DNA of 64,000 nt. Source: Trichoplax adhaerens. Lineage: Eukaryota > Animalia > Placozoa. This document shows, in pieces, positions 27,098-40,900 of this stretch. The stretch covers positions 2,043,836 to 2,107,835 of the forward strand of contig NW_002060949.1 of the NCBI RefSeq assembly GCF_000150275.1, read 5' to 3'. The notes beneath the pieces are model-generated. The model had not been told where the DNA came from, ran no database searches, and worked only from the letters and a program-made list of their open reading frames with translations. Made by a program: the position numbers and the translations under genes. Every line of letters begins with the position of its first letter. The stretch's first letter is position 1.

Positions 27098-30000
27098 TTA
27101 AAATTCCCAATTGTGATATTCAGTAAAACAAGAAACCGGTACGCTCCAGGATGGTAAATGTTTCTCAACTTTACGAATTTCCGAAGTTTTAGGGCCCGAA
27201 AAATGCGAAGCTATACCAAAATTCATAATTTTATCCGTCTTTTCGTAGTTTTTAATCTAAAAGATTTTAATAGTATTTTGATTATCAGGAAGCTATCGAT
27301 TTTCATTGTACATTAGGAAAAGATCCCTTATTTACATTCAGTTCTATCCAAAAGTCCCATGACTGTGTAGGGTGGCCTTGTGTGTACCAAACAAAAGCTG
27401 TGTAGTGGTCTCCATTCCACAATGGCTTAGGCTTTCCATCTGTAAAAGACCATGCTACAATTTCCGTACCATTGGCAGGATCGATATACAGACGAAGTTG
27501 CGAAGGAGGATCTAAATAACGAATTGAAGGCCTTGAGTTATGGATTTATACACATAAACCAGTGCTAGAAGAGAATATTTCACTTTGAAACTCTATGTTA
27601 TGTATACCATTCTTACTACGTACCTACGATGCTGAAATAAAATTTTTGTTTACGTCCACTGCTTGTCACATCTTTCTTAACCAGTTTCAGATCGATTTCT
27701 TTAGGAAAAGTTGGAGGAGAACCTTCCTTATACCATACGTGCCTACATATTACCAAAAATAAAATTCACGTAAGTTAATATAGCTGAATAAAGAACGATG
27801 ATTAAAAAGCCATGATCTATGAACAGTTAGTGTTATATGGCAAGGAAGCAAGCGTACCCTGTTAAACTCCGAACAGGGTAAAAGGCAGGATAACCACAAT
27901 TTGCGCCCTTACAGGTAGTTATAGTCGCATTTTTAAAGTAATTATCATGTTCGGATAAATATCTCAGTCCATTTGCATCCATAGGAACAAGTATAATGCC
28001 TGAGTCACTGTCCGTAACGACGCCGCTTCTATCATGAAACTTGCGATGGATATGCTAAGTATTAAGAGAATGGTTAGCCGCAAGATATTATGAATACGGT
28101 ACACTAAACAATAATAAAAAATAAAAAACCTGATAAAGAAGTCTTTGAGCATGTGGATTTGGAGGTCCAGAATATGGAAATATGGCACCAGTAATGACTA
28201 GAAAAAAGCAGGTTAGGAAGGATATACCAAAAATAATGGCTGGCCATTTCAGACTTTTTGCTACGTAGACAACATTTACCTGTTAGAGTAGATTAATGAT
28301 TGACGCAATGGTTGTTAAGAATTTCACAAATTAGCACTTACAATAAGAACAATGATAAGAACGTATCTGCTTGACTTCTCACTTACCACAGATGTTACTA
28401 GTAGAAGCGTGAAACTTCCAGTAATAACAGCTATTACTATTTCAGATGGAACAACTGATCCACAACGACCGAGGATAGGCATGAAGAAATCGAATACAGC
28501 CCATATCAAATAGGTATTTAATGTCATCGGTATTAATACAGACACTAACAGTACTATAAGGTAAGCTGTCTGGCTGTGATAGTAATTTCGTTTAAAGATA
28601 CCATTCCAAATAAATTTATCTATAAGAAGAAAGGATGCTGGCCAAGTTAAGGATAAAAATGCAGAAGCTATCCCACTATTTGATAGAAATATAGTGACGA
28701 AGCTCCAAATTATTACATTTGCATCAGCTACGGCTTGCTGAAGTTGCCAAGATATAATCGGTTGGCCTTCTGAAGTACGTTTCTACAATAAAATGATTGT
28801 TTTATTTTATGTGATCTAACATCTGAAGCGAATAAAGATTACAGTCTATCTTAAAATAAAGTGAATATTACTTGGTTAGTGCAAACCTGACAGAATTTCA
28901 TTTTGGCATAGTAGTGCACTGCTGCTGTAGTAAAGATAGTTGGTATAGCATACAATGGGAATATAACAACGCTATGGGTGTACCAAGATAATGGGCGACC
29001 ATTTGACATAATAATGTAAGCTATAGCAGGGGCGGTTATGAAGCCAACAAGCCAAGACAATAGGTAGGCACCCATGCCGAATATTAAATGGTACAAGTTC
29101 AATTCATCAATCCCTAATACCAATTAGAAAAAAATTGATAGCTTAAATAAATGCAACTATGACAACATATCTGATCAACTAAATTCGTCAGAAGAATGGT
29201 TAATAATTAAGCAACCAGCAACAGTGCATTAAATCGTTGTGAAAACGTACCAACTGAGGTACGTCGACCTCCCAATCGAGGTAAATATCTTGCAATAATT
29301 ATCGCTACAGCAATGACCGATATTGAATAGTTGAGAATATATCCTAAGCGTTCTGGGTAGAGCAGGGTAAAAATCCCAAGAACGTCGGTAAAAACAATCT
29401 TGCCATGACGACTATATCCAGGGTTAACTAGTTCATCAGTACAAACTAGGCCTCTCATAGCTCCTAATACATTCTCGCCAGTTCTCTGCATACAACCAGG
29501 CGGGATTGCTTTAGTGTCATCGTATCGTGTATGATAAACGTAACCATTGGTTACATATGCCAAATCCAATCCTATCGAGTTAAGTGAAGATAAAATACGG
29601 TATATTCCTCATATTGTTGTTATCACTCCTAATGTAGGTTTGTAAAATTTAGGTTATGGCAAATATGATATATATCATGCATTTTTATGAGGTCAATGAG
29701 TAACGATATGGTATACAAATACTGACACACGTAGTTAAAGACTGTTCCATATCCTCTATTTAAACGACGTGTTGGCTGAAATTATAAGGCACAATCAGAA
29801 ACCAGGTGTAAAAGTTATATTGTCTATTGCAATAATAAACTACGATCTCGAATCTTATGCCTTCATTGGATTGTCATAGATGTCCACTTGAGCAAAATAA
29901 TATATAAGGATATTCATACTGTAAGTAAAGGGAATACATCTTTCAGGCAGTAACATCGAACTAGTAAGTCTTATCATCAGTATGATATTGGTGATTTCCA

Positions 30001-31628
30001 AATATAAATGTCATTTTGTTAAATGGAGTATACTAGTCCATGTATAATTATTATAAACTGTATACTCGTAGAATATTCATAATTTCTACAGCAATGTATC
30101 ATGATAATGGTGATAGTGACTAAGTTAATGGTTGCTAATGTATAATGTAGTAGGTTGTGTAACGCACAATGTATACGTTTGACAAAGGATTAATTTCAGG
30201 TATTACTGGTATAAATTTTAATGATAGTAAAAATTAAGTCTAGTACTCAATAATTACGTAGCGCAGAAATAGTAAGTATACTAAACACAAGACATACATA
30301 CTTCAGTATACTCAGCAGTTATTCGATCTAAGTTCAAAAAGTTAGTCTAGCAACGACTGCGCTCGGATGCAAAGATTTATGCTGTCTGAGCATTCATTCT
30401 TTATTTCTTTATGGTTATGAAATATGACATTTAGATACCTTTAAGCGAAGACATAAAGTAATGGAAATTAATAGACTTTACAGTATCCGATAATCCATCA
30501 TGAAGCTTAGCTATAGCGGCTATATACGAAACATCGCAACAAAATGGGCACACAGATTGTCAGGAGAGTAGGGCTACTTTGGCATGATACGTATTAACTT
30601 AATTTTATGTGCCATGATTGAACGATTCATAACTAGTAGTAATGTACTGTAATGTATTTCATTTTACCTGGAATTTTGCCGTAATCACGAAAAATGCGAA
30701 AGTCCGTATCAGCAGGTACAATAGCAGTTTCAAAGATTTCTTGACCAACCACTGAAGCAAACGGGTGCGGAGCATGCTTCATATAATTTCGGATTAACCA
30801 AGGATTTTCAGGACCGGTTTGGAATACTAGTTCTCTACCGCCAGCCCCAGCAGCATCTAAGTTAATAAAAGCTCGAAGTGTATCCTTCCATTTATGTTGT
30901 GTAATAAAACCATGGCTAGCAGGTAGAACACTTTCTTCAGCCCCATTGAAAAGAAAGACGACACTGTGTTGAAGCATCGGCCAACGTGATTCATCAGCAT
31001 GTGCTAAGGCTCGAAGTAATTCCAACATTGTAGCACAACTAACTGCATCATCACTTGCACCAGGGCTGTCCACGACGGTATCAAAATGGCAGTTGACTAA
31101 TAAAGCGTTGTCTTTACTGTGAGATCGCCTTGGACTTATACGTGCAACAATATTGGTAATATTAGCATAGCTATGAGTAAAACCACCTAAGAATTGCAAA
31201 AAGAAAGACCCACTGGGTCGTTGGACATCAATTTCAATTTCGGAATGAGGTTTAGCAGACATTTGTATCATTTTTAGCTCATTCATGATATAATTAAATG
31301 CAACAACTTCATTATTATATGTTCCAGCTAAACGTGGGCCAATAGCAACTAATTTTTCAAGATGTTTACGAGCTCTTCCTTCTGAATATGTTCCAACATC
31401 GTCCTCATTAGCACGCTTAGCTCGAGGTATGTAATAATAATTATAACTTACAAAGGCCAGGATTAAATAAACCAATGCTGCTATAGAAATAAGATGGCCT
31501 AAACCCAAAGCACCTGGTTGTCTCCTTTCCAATTGGCTTTTCTTATCATCTTCATCGATTGGACGATCAGATTTAGATGATCGATTTTGTTGTTCCTTAG
31601 AACGTAAGCGGACGCCAGCGTTCGCCAT
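27098..31628 (-). CDS. ERMP1: Endoplasmic reticulum metallopeptidase 1 (FXNA-like, M28 family, multi-TM)
   Basis: LLVNCHFDT, PGASDD, FLFNGAEE, FINLDAAGAGGRE, DTDFRIFRDYG|GLDLAY..GYVYHTRYD, then TM helices and a luminal C-terminal domain; phases consistent. Confidence 0.95.
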
Positions 31629-32146
31629 TACTGCTATGAAAAGTGCCTCCACCACCGCAGGCCTTAAGTACCTTGGTAACGGTACAGAGAGACGACAGCC
31701 CAGCCCCTAAACCTCACCCTAGCCCAGAAGACCCATTGGACCATCCAAGCTGTGATCGGCTCTGTTGAACAAGCTGCATACATATCCTATTGTCGCGCAG
31801 TACTATATGAGTAAGTAATCACGAGGACACCATGGGTCTTCTCTTACCCACCCCCACCTCCCTTTGTTTCGTAGCCCCACCCTGATGTCATATGATCAGC
31901 GGTGGAGAATGTCGAGAGAGACTCAACCACATGAGCTGTCACTGGTCTGGACAGTGTAACGTAGGAGACGGATGGACACTTGTACTGCAGTAACTATGGT
32001 TGCAATGATTGCTAAAAGCGCTGGATGCGAGCTGGATATTCCATCATCATCAGCAAGTTTTCTTGATGCTTTCCTGGTTCAATAGGGAAAATTCCACTGT
32101 TGAAAGCTATTTTTTTATACTCAATGAGACTCTATTGATTGCAAAG

Positions 32147-33598
32147 ATGAACAACTATGATGATCGACCTTTATCCTATCACGAATTTATCAAATATATG
32201 CTCAATGGCCGCTTTTATGGTCGCAAGACTGATATTGGCAAACGCTTTTTAAATGTTTATCACTGTCCATCAACTTGTTTCGACCATGACAATATCAATT
32301 TCAATGTTTTATTCAATCCAGATATGGCTCATTTCGATCCAATGCAAACCAACCAATGCCAAGCTTCAAGTACAACTGACAATACCAATAGGCATAAAAC
32401 GACTGTACCAAATAGGAAGCGAAATCAAAGCAATCTTGCTCAACGCCATGACGATTCAATCAAATCGAGCAAAGGTATAAAGAAGTTAGCTCAGAAACCA
32501 CCATTAGCACATCATAGCTCGCAACCACAAGTTGTTAGCAGTTGCCAATATCCAAATGAGCTAAATAAGGACTGTTTGATGGAGGGCAAGGCTAAGTGTC
32601 AACGACCGAAAAAATTCCCAACCAGTCATGATAAGAAGCAATCCATTCACGTCGGCAAGGATGATCAAGCGGATGGATATCGGAAAGGGCCACGAGCACG
32701 TCATGACTCACCATCACTGGTTGGCAGGAACCATCCGAACCAGCTAAATGAAGACTGTTCTACTGAGGAGGATGCTGAGCATCAACTATCTAAAAAATTC
32801 ATAACGAGTAATGATAACAACCAATCGACTGATGTCGGCCATGATGATCAAGCTGAAAGGTATCCATTTGACGTGGCAAATGATCACTTACGAAGTGAGA
32901 TAAACCTATCTGTTAGCAAGCCTTTAAATCATAGTAGTAAGGATATTCACCAATCTACCTCTATGAGTAATCACTCTAATGACAATGATAAAGATAGCTC
33001 TTCAATTAAGAAAGAAGGTGGAAAATTGAATAATTTATCTGCTTTCAGAAAATGTCATCATGAAATGGATAGTGAGCAATGTGTATCCGATCAATGGACT
33101 ATGTTTATCCATTTGCAAGGTTGGCAGCCATTAGTATCAGATATCGATTGGATAAGTGATCAGTACATGGCTTACGGTTTGCTTGCATTACTTTTTGGCC
33201 ATGAAGAGAATGGGACATTGTATATAAATTCTGTAAAATTGATTGGATTTGTTTCTCTTGTCGATTTATCGGTTAAAGCAATACTAGCAAATCAAACTGA
33301 AGCGGAAAGCATGCCGCTAATCAATTTTCTCCAAGCTGAGGGTAAACAGTTACAAAATCAACCTGCAGCTTTCTCTGTTACCTCACCAGGTTTTGGTATT
33401 CATCTTCCTAATAATTTAAAACAAGCTATGCTAGAGTCATGCCAGACTGCAATGGCTCCATGCTGGTATTCAAAATTTGTCTACGTAGATGCTTTCAGTA
33501 AATTAGAGGACAGAACTCCGCTTATAGAAGTCTTTGATTTTTCAAGCGATCAGGCAAAAGTTGTCAATTTTCAATTGGAAACGCCTGTTTTACAGTAA
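32147..33598 (+). CDS. Intronless orphan protein (~483 aa): low-complexity N-terminal half with a 61-aa tandem repeat and a C-terminal degenerate MPN (JAB1/Rpn11-like) domain
   Basis: Long open frame in AT-rich DNA (open from 32009). C-terminal LLALLFGHEENGTLYI / AAFSVTSPGFGIHLP / FVYVDAF..LIEVF parallels Rpn11/CSN5 MGLLLG / GWYHSHPGFGCWLS / AVVVDP..IDAF. Confidence 0.7.
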   Translation: MNNYDDRPLSYHEFIKYMLNGRFYGRKTDIGKRFLNVYHCPSTCFDHDNINFNVLFNPDMAHFDPMQTNQCQASSTTDNTNRHKTTVPNRKRNQSNLAQRHDDSIKSSKGIKKLAQKPPLAHHSSQPQVVSSCQYPNELNKDCLMEGKAKCQRPKKFPTSHDKKQSIHVGKDDQADGYRKGPRARHDSPSLVGRNHPNQLNEDCSTEEDAEHQLSKKFITSNDNNQSTDVGHDDQAERYPFDVANDHLRSEINLSVSKPLNHSSKDIHQSTSMSNHSNDNDKDSSSIKKEGGKLNNLSAFRKCHHEMDSEQCVSDQWTMFIHLQGWQPLVSDIDWISDQYMAYGLLALLFGHEENGTLYINSVKLIGFVSLVDLSVKAILANQTEAESMPLINFLQAEGKQLQNQPAAFSVTSPGFGIHLPNNLKQAMLESCQTAMAPCWYSKFVYVDAFSKLEDRTPLIEVFDFSSDQAKVVNFQLETPVLQ

Positions 33599-34144
33599 TA
33601 TCAAGTTTGCGAGCGCTTTATAGATGAAATTAAACTAATCAGTCTAATTAATAATACTAACTTATTTTTGTACCATAGTCTTGTATATGTTATCAGAATG
33701 TTGATCTATTGCTACACACCTCAACGAGGTATAAAATTGAAGACAATCTACTAATAAAGTTTCTCAACCGTAAAAACAAGCTATAATAATGGAAAGAAAT
33801 GAATTAAGCGCATAAATTGATGCATTTCAGCAGTAAAATCTTTATTGCTTTTAAAATTAGAGAAATACTATATATTACCAACAGATTATTACATGTACAC
33901 TTGCGCTATGAAATAAGGCAAATAAAGTCAATACTGTATTATATTACTAACACAGAAACGTGGATAAATCATGATAAGAAGTATATACTGATCAGAGGAT
34001 AAATTTGACGCTAATAGGTTAACGTAAAACACCACAAGGTGAAAACTGTTGCAAAGAGGAACTGTACAGTAAACTCATCAAAGAGAGGAGACAACGTTTA
34101 TATACAATCAATTTAATATATGTCATCATGATTCTAAGCCATTC

Positions 34145-35397
34145 CTAGCGACTTTCTAAGCTTTTCTCTCGCATTAAAACAGATTCTTCAAATTTGATCA
34201 TGTATGTCGTTCCCTTATGCCAGTGAACAGTAACATTGCAAGGCTGCATTCGTAATAGTTACATTTCCATATTGAAAAGGAAATGTTAAATAGACGCCAT
34301 AAATTGAAAAATACAAAGTTTTAACTTACAAAATTGAGTCCATTTAGTACAGCTTCAATAATTCCACCACTAAAAGCCGCACAATTAAGACTGCCTAAAA
34401 ATACACCATTATCATTACAATCTTCTAGACTATTAGTCCTAGCTGGCATATTTCTTATAATCCGTTCAAAGTAAATTGTAAATTTGCTATTTATTGTATT
34501 AATGTATGGTTTGCTTGTATAGAACTACAGAGAATATCTACTATGATACCTTTATCTTTAGGGACGAATATAAACTTATTAACCAAGGATTCATTTTCTA
34601 TTATGTAATCTTATAAAACCAGTTCAGAAAATCAAGCTGTGTTGTCAATAGATCGATAGGATAAACAATATAATCATGCTGGCTGTCGAAGAATTATCGT
34701 ATACTAATAGAGTGAGATGAATTATTGTCATTGCAGCCTATTACGGCAAATTATGATCAAAAGATACAAGTTTTTTCGTCATCATTCGATAGTTCTAATT
34801 TATCAGCTTCTCTTCCAAAACAGCTCTATAATTGAATGTAAAAAGAAGAAGTATACACGTACGTAAAATGTCTACTATAATAGTTTGTAAAGATTATCGA
34901 TTGATTTGTCGTCTACCTTCCAAACCGTTGTCTTGACAAAGATTAAAGCTTGTAAAAGTCTGAGCTCTCTCTTAGAGCCTCGCTCTCTTAAATACAATGC
35001 ATCCAAGATACGTGTACCAACATGATGGCCTAACGACGCTAATCTAATAAAGTACATTTAGTAAGTGATGCTATGCTGTATTACCTAAGACAAGATGATC
35101 AACCTAGTCTATTCTACTTACTTCTGTTGCAAATCTACAACACTAGAGGATCGATTTTGACAATATTGTACCAACTCGGAGAACAAGAAAGCAAAAGTGC
35201 TCAAGTTGATCTGCCATAATCAAACGAGATAAATGATCATGACATCCTATCCATTGGGAATAACTTCATCATTTTTACTACACCTGTTACACAAGGAAAA
35301 TGCTATTTCGCTGGCTTACCTCTCCTCTCCCTTTGCTTAATGGTTTCTCCAGAATATTTGTTGATTTGCGCTGGATGCTTGCAGATTTCGACTCCAT
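34145..35397 (-). CDS. TRAPPC5: Trafficking protein particle complex subunit 5 (7 exons)
   Basis: NILEKPLSKG, INLSTFAFLFSELVQYCQNR, LASLGHHVG, FGREADKLE, VPKDKGSLNCAAF.GGIIEAVL, VTVHWHKGTTYMIKF. Confidence 0.96.
34610..34767 (-). other. Candidate U12-type (minor spliceosome) GT-AG intron in TRAPPC5
   Basis: Donor GTATCTTTT (U12 consensus GTATCCTTT); branch-like TTTCTGAAC about 12 nt before the 3' end; weak pyrimidine tract. Confidence 0.45.
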
Positions 35398-35417
35398 CTT
35401 GCTTTAATGGAAGGTCA

Positions 35418-35482
35418 AGTACTGAACAGTACAATGTAAACGTTAGCTAGGGAAATTGGCTTAGTACTGTACAGTACACTGT
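35418..35482. repeat. ACAGT/ACTGT pentamer cluster in the TRAPPC5/KHK divergent promoter
   Basis: agtactgaacagtaca ... agtactgtacagtacactgt; more copies at ~35668 and 35693-35711. Confidence 0.65.
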
Positions 35483-35913
35483 ATATTGTTGGAAAATACA
35501 CACGATTGTATAGGCTTTACTATAGGCTAAGAGCAGGAATTGATCCAGTGTGCCATTACAGTAGAAATCCTTTGGGAACCTATGGTTGTATAGTGTGCCA
35601 GTCATGACAACGAAGAGAAGAGTATAGTATGCCACGATGGACGCCGATCTGAAATCACACCATGTTACTACTGTACTTACTAGCCTGATATTACAGTACT
35701 TAGTACTGTACTCCTGCAGTCTTCTGGAGAGCTACCTGGCCCTTGCAGTTGCTGGAGCTACTTGGTAAAATCACGACTGCCTGTTGTTGTAGATCAGCAT
35801 TGCATCATAATAATTCCCTCTAGGCAATCGTTATTCACAGTTTTGACCTTTCATCCTCTGGAATGGATCGGAAATATGTTCTACTGTATGTTACAAAACT
35901 GATGAGTAGATAG

Positions 35914-36932
35914 ATGACGACTATGGCCATGGAATATCAACATAAACAAGTTCTTTTGGTTGGTTTAGCTTGCTTAGATATTATTACTGTTTGCGGTCAT
36001 TTTCCAATCGAAGATGAGGATTTTCGAGCTGATGATCATTATTGGCAATGTGGAGGAAATGCATGTAATTCTGCAGTTGTTCTTCAACAGTTAGGTAGGT
36101 TACCCTAATCGAATGCGATAGTAGTATAGTACGATACTTTCTATCTCGTATGATTGTCAAGAAGATATTATCATTCTTTCTAGGAGATCAATGTAATCTG
36201 ATGGCTTGCCTATCTGAAAATTGCCCACAATCCGATTATATCTTACAAAAATTAACGAATATTGGTATTAAATCTAATTGGTGTATTCGTCATATCGGTC
36301 ATAAAACACCAATTTCTACGGTGTTAATCAATAAGAAAAATGGTTCACGAACAATTATGCACTATAGTTGGTTGCCGGAAATAACTCTAGACAATTTTCA
36401 AAACCGTGTTCAATTTGATAATCTAGATTGGATCCATTTCGAAGGTAGACGAAAGAATATGCTAGAAATTGGTCGAATGATGGATTATATTCGATTACGT
36501 TATAAAGACAGGATTAAAATCTCCGTTGAGTTAGAGAAAAAAGATGAAAATTCACTGCAGTTGATTCCTAAAGCTGATGTTATCTTTATTGGGAAAGATT
36601 TCGCTCAAGCTTTTGGTCATGATAACGCTACCGATTGCCTTCGTGCCTTCTATCCATTAGCTCAGTCACCGGCTATAATGATTTGTCCGTGGGGTGATTA
36701 TGGTGCCGATGGTATAGGACCCCCTCAAAGCAATATAGTTCATGCTGATGCTCTCACACTTGATGTAGTAGTTGATACACTAGCAGCTGGTGATACTTTT
36801 CTCGCAGGTACTATACATTCTTTACGTAAAGGAGAATCCCTACTCAAATCGATATCCTACGGATGCAAACTAGCTGGTACTAAATGCAAGCAACGAGGTT
36901 TAATGTTTGAAAAGATTCCAACTGATCACTAA
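35914..36932 (+). CDS. KHK: Ketohexokinase (fructokinase, PfkB family), 2 exons (intron 36095-36183)
   Basis: VLLVGLACLDII, FPIEDED, WQCGGNACNS, NGSRTIMH, WIHFEGR, ISVELEK, ICPWGDYGADG, VDTLAAGDTF. Confidence 0.93.
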
Positions 36933-37964
36933 GTCAAGGCAGCAATGATACAGTAAACGAAACGTTAAGGGCTATTCTGATTTCAAGAACTAAAATTGTA
37001 TTGTATATAATAATGTAATCGATTAGTACAGTAAGCCGCAAATTAACCTGTAGTGTAATACGTAATACTACTGCCTTGACTAAAAGTCATTACAAGCTAC
37101 CTGACGATAACTTACGAGGATACTGTATTTTGGAGTCGACAATCAATAACACCATTTCAACAACTTACGATCTCTTTAATAGGTATAGATTCGCTAACAA
37201 AGATATGTTGTTGATTTTTAAGCGTTTGCTTATAATAATAAAAATATTGATATTTTATATTGCAATAAAGAATTTATAGTATATATTCACAGAAATATTT
37301 TCAATCAGTAGTAGCGATCGTGTAACAATTTGTTTTATACCTATCCGTTTATGGATACAGCCGTTAATAAATTTGCTACGATTAAAAATGCTTTAAAATT
37401 TGTAGTATCAACATCAATCAATCAATCAAATCAGTCAATCCATTGATACTACTTTGTCTAGCGGTATTCGTTATTAAAATATTGTCTAACAATCATTTTC
37501 AATAGTTCAATAAAATTTTTGATCGATTAAAATAGATTTCCGATTACAAATATTGTAGTCACATATAAAATTGCAATCTCTTTAAGAAGTTTATAAATCT
37601 ATGTAGTAAGTAGTGCCCATTGGTCTATTCCCGTTAGGCGAAAGGAAAGAAATTATCAACCTTGAAATTACGACAATAGGTCAGCAAATTTGAAAGCTGA
37701 AATTTAAGCATAGTAATTTGCCTTACATTATTTTATCAGAAATAGTGTAAACTGTATGCTCATACAATAAAAAATGAAAATACAACAAAAATTTCATGTC
37801 ACTGATACGCATTTACAATCGCAACTTCATATTGAAGTTTAAAGTAAAAGCCAATCCTTACTGATACATAAGGCAGCTAACGCACACAATTTAGTTTTAC
37901 GGATAACTTATTACAGTACTTGATTTAGAGGTCATTTCCATATCTTGCATGATTGCAACGTTGC

Positions 37965-40900
37965 TCAACATTGAGTAACAGTCAAGTTAATTTTATCTTC
38001 AATTATCTGTGGCAATATATTAAGAGAGAAAAAATAAGGGAAACCTTCGATTTAACAAAAGTTATAAACTATTTAACTTCGATTTGAAACTTACCAATTT
38101 CAATTCTAAATCGATAAAGAGGCCTTGTATAAACTTTCTTGTCGATAAGCGATAGTGATACAACGTCATTAAGTTGATTACTTGACTATATAAACAGTTA
38201 TCTTTGAACGCGGACTCAAAGTTTTCTTTCAAACTATTAAAAAGTAATAACGTAAATTTGTTATTAATCTATAGTTAGTGATATTTATCTTGTGCTATCG
38301 AAAGCTTACATCATTAGTCCTTGCTGATTAGCTTTTGAAGCAACAGCTCCACTCAGAGAGGTTACTAAACGAAGAATCTCTTTCCTAATCTGAGACCGTC
38401 CTGTAGTAGTACTATCATCTAATCTTTTTAAGCCTAACTTATTTGTCACAGCATCGTCGCTGAAGCTATCACTAGAACTACTAATATTGAAGCTATCTTT
38501 CTTTTGCTCTTGGTCAGAACCTAAAATTTTTAATATTAGAGATACGTATTTGTTTAAATAGCAAAAGACTTAAATTGATTAAACTAAGAAGGGAGTTTCA
38601 AACCTGATGTAACAGAAGCACTGGAGGTTACCGATAAATGCAAGTCATTAGAGTAATTAGCTCCAGCATCATCCTGAGATGAATCGGATTGATTAGTCAT
38701 TTTTCTACCGGGTTGTTCGAAAACATCTGATTCTGAATAGTGACGTTTCTTCAAATTTGCAAATTTAACTCCAGTACACCCAAAGCACACATTGGGATCA
38801 TGAACTTCTGGAAAACCATCATTAATATTTCCTTTAGATGATGTTACAGATCCAGATCGACGTGGCATTGATGAAGCTCGCTGCTTACGGTCACCAAAAA
38901 CTGTGTCATAGGCAGCTGGATTAAATGATTTAGCCCAAGAACCATGGTAACCGTGATCTTTATACTTCATTAAAGAAATAAATTATTTTAAATTACATCA
39001 TTGTTAAACACTGTAAGGGAAAATTACAAACGTATTAATAATAAACTCCAAAGAAAACTTTACTTGAAAAACGCGAATTAATTCGACTGGTAAAGACAGT
39101 CCAATAAAATCCACAGTACCAGAAGAAATTTTACTACTATCATCCGCTGTTAACTCTGCTGGTCGTCGAGAAGATTTCTTACCCGTTTCTTGCGCATCAC
39201 TACAACGAAAAGTCGAAAACAGGACTATAACACTGTATGCAGAACCGTAATTAATTCTATAATTGAGCTACATTAGCATACGCACTTTAGTCCAAATTTA
39301 GTTGATAGTACCCCCAAAGAGCCAGAACTTGAAAGATGATGGCTATCTGTAGTAGATCCAGCTAACATACTACGCCGTCGAAGATCTGTTAATGCTTTAT
39401 AACCTTGGGCATCCTTAATTGATACTGTTCGCTTAGTATTTTCAATTCGCATTGATCTACGAATAACATCTTGCTTATTTTCAGTATCGAATAAATTGGT
39501 GGCGCTCTGACTTTGATTTAATGTAGGAGTTAACATAGCAGCACTGTGACGGGATCTACGTTGCAACCCAGAAATTGTGGACTTCCTCGGCCTGATTGGA
39601 CCTTCGGGTAGTTCCAGATTACCTCCAGTTGCGTCTTTATCACTTTGCATACCTTCTTCTACAGAGTTACTGCGACTTTCTTGCCTGTCAGCAGCAGTAT
39701 CGCCATCGACAACATAATCAGTTATATCACTAGTAACGGACACATCATCATCATCGAAAGATTCGCCTCTGGTACCAAAAGTGCGGATAACTAGTGAAGG
39801 CAACGTACTAATTCCAATCCCTCTCATTTTTAAAGTCTCCTTTACGTTATCTGATGCAGTAATTGAACGGCCTCTCAAAAGATCTGTTGATACACTGACA
39901 GGATCTGAAACTACGTAGTCGTATTCGTCAAGCACTGGCCATTGAACATTTCCTCCATGACGAACGCTTTCCCATCCAAGACTGGAAAGAAAGTTTGCTC
40001 CAGAGCGGGTTTTAGCAATCAAACCGAGTACATAAAAGCTTGTTCTACATAAATGTGTATACAATTATATGAATACATATATTGACAGTGAACTTAATTT
40101 CTCCTTTCAATGAAAAGACACTAATAGTAAAAGCTAGCGTTTACTTACCCACGAATTGAGAAAACCTCGCATTCCTCAGCCAATCTTACTATGTCCGGAA
40201 TTATTCCAATTTTCATTAAAATTGCTAAACCCAAGACTGATGATCCTATATGCCCCTATATTAAAATCATTAAGGAAATAGATTAAAAGTCATAGCCTCA
40301 ATATTGCTAAAAGTACAAAAGCAAATTAGATTAAATTTATCAATCGAATCTAGAAACTCACTAGAGCCCAAAGGGCAGCTTTTGTTTGCAAAATTTCTAA
40401 CGAAGAGTTAAATCTTCGACTCCAAACAGTTCTTGAATACATTTGCGCATAATCCTACAGCAAAACATTTTGATAATGTCAATATAAAAAAAACTAATGC
40501 TTGGATTTCTTAACAACGCTTACTCCATCAATAATTAATTTGCAACCGTTCTTAAGTTGTGCTAATTCTCCAAATACATGCACTGGCACAAAAGCTTTTA
40601 AGGGATCTTTCCTATTAAGAATTAAATATAAATAAAATCAATTTCACGAATATGTATACAAAATTTACTTCACACTTTGCAATCAAAAATCACGTACGGT
40701 TTGGTTTGCCTTCTAACGTAGATACCGATCTCTGAATCTTTCTCAAACGTTGTTAAGGCCTCAGCAAGTGATCTCTCCACGAGTTTTACATATTCAAGGT
40801 TCGAATGCTATTAAGAATGTTGACGACAATCATTAAAACGAAGCCAAAATACTGAATTGTTACTTAAATAGACATTTAATACCTGAATCCATTCTTCTAT

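Noticed and set aside
36774-36800. KHK anion-hole motif AAGD instead of GAGD as loss of function
   Set aside because: AAGD occurs in active PfkB kinases such as E. coli ribokinase, and the catalytic Asp is intact.
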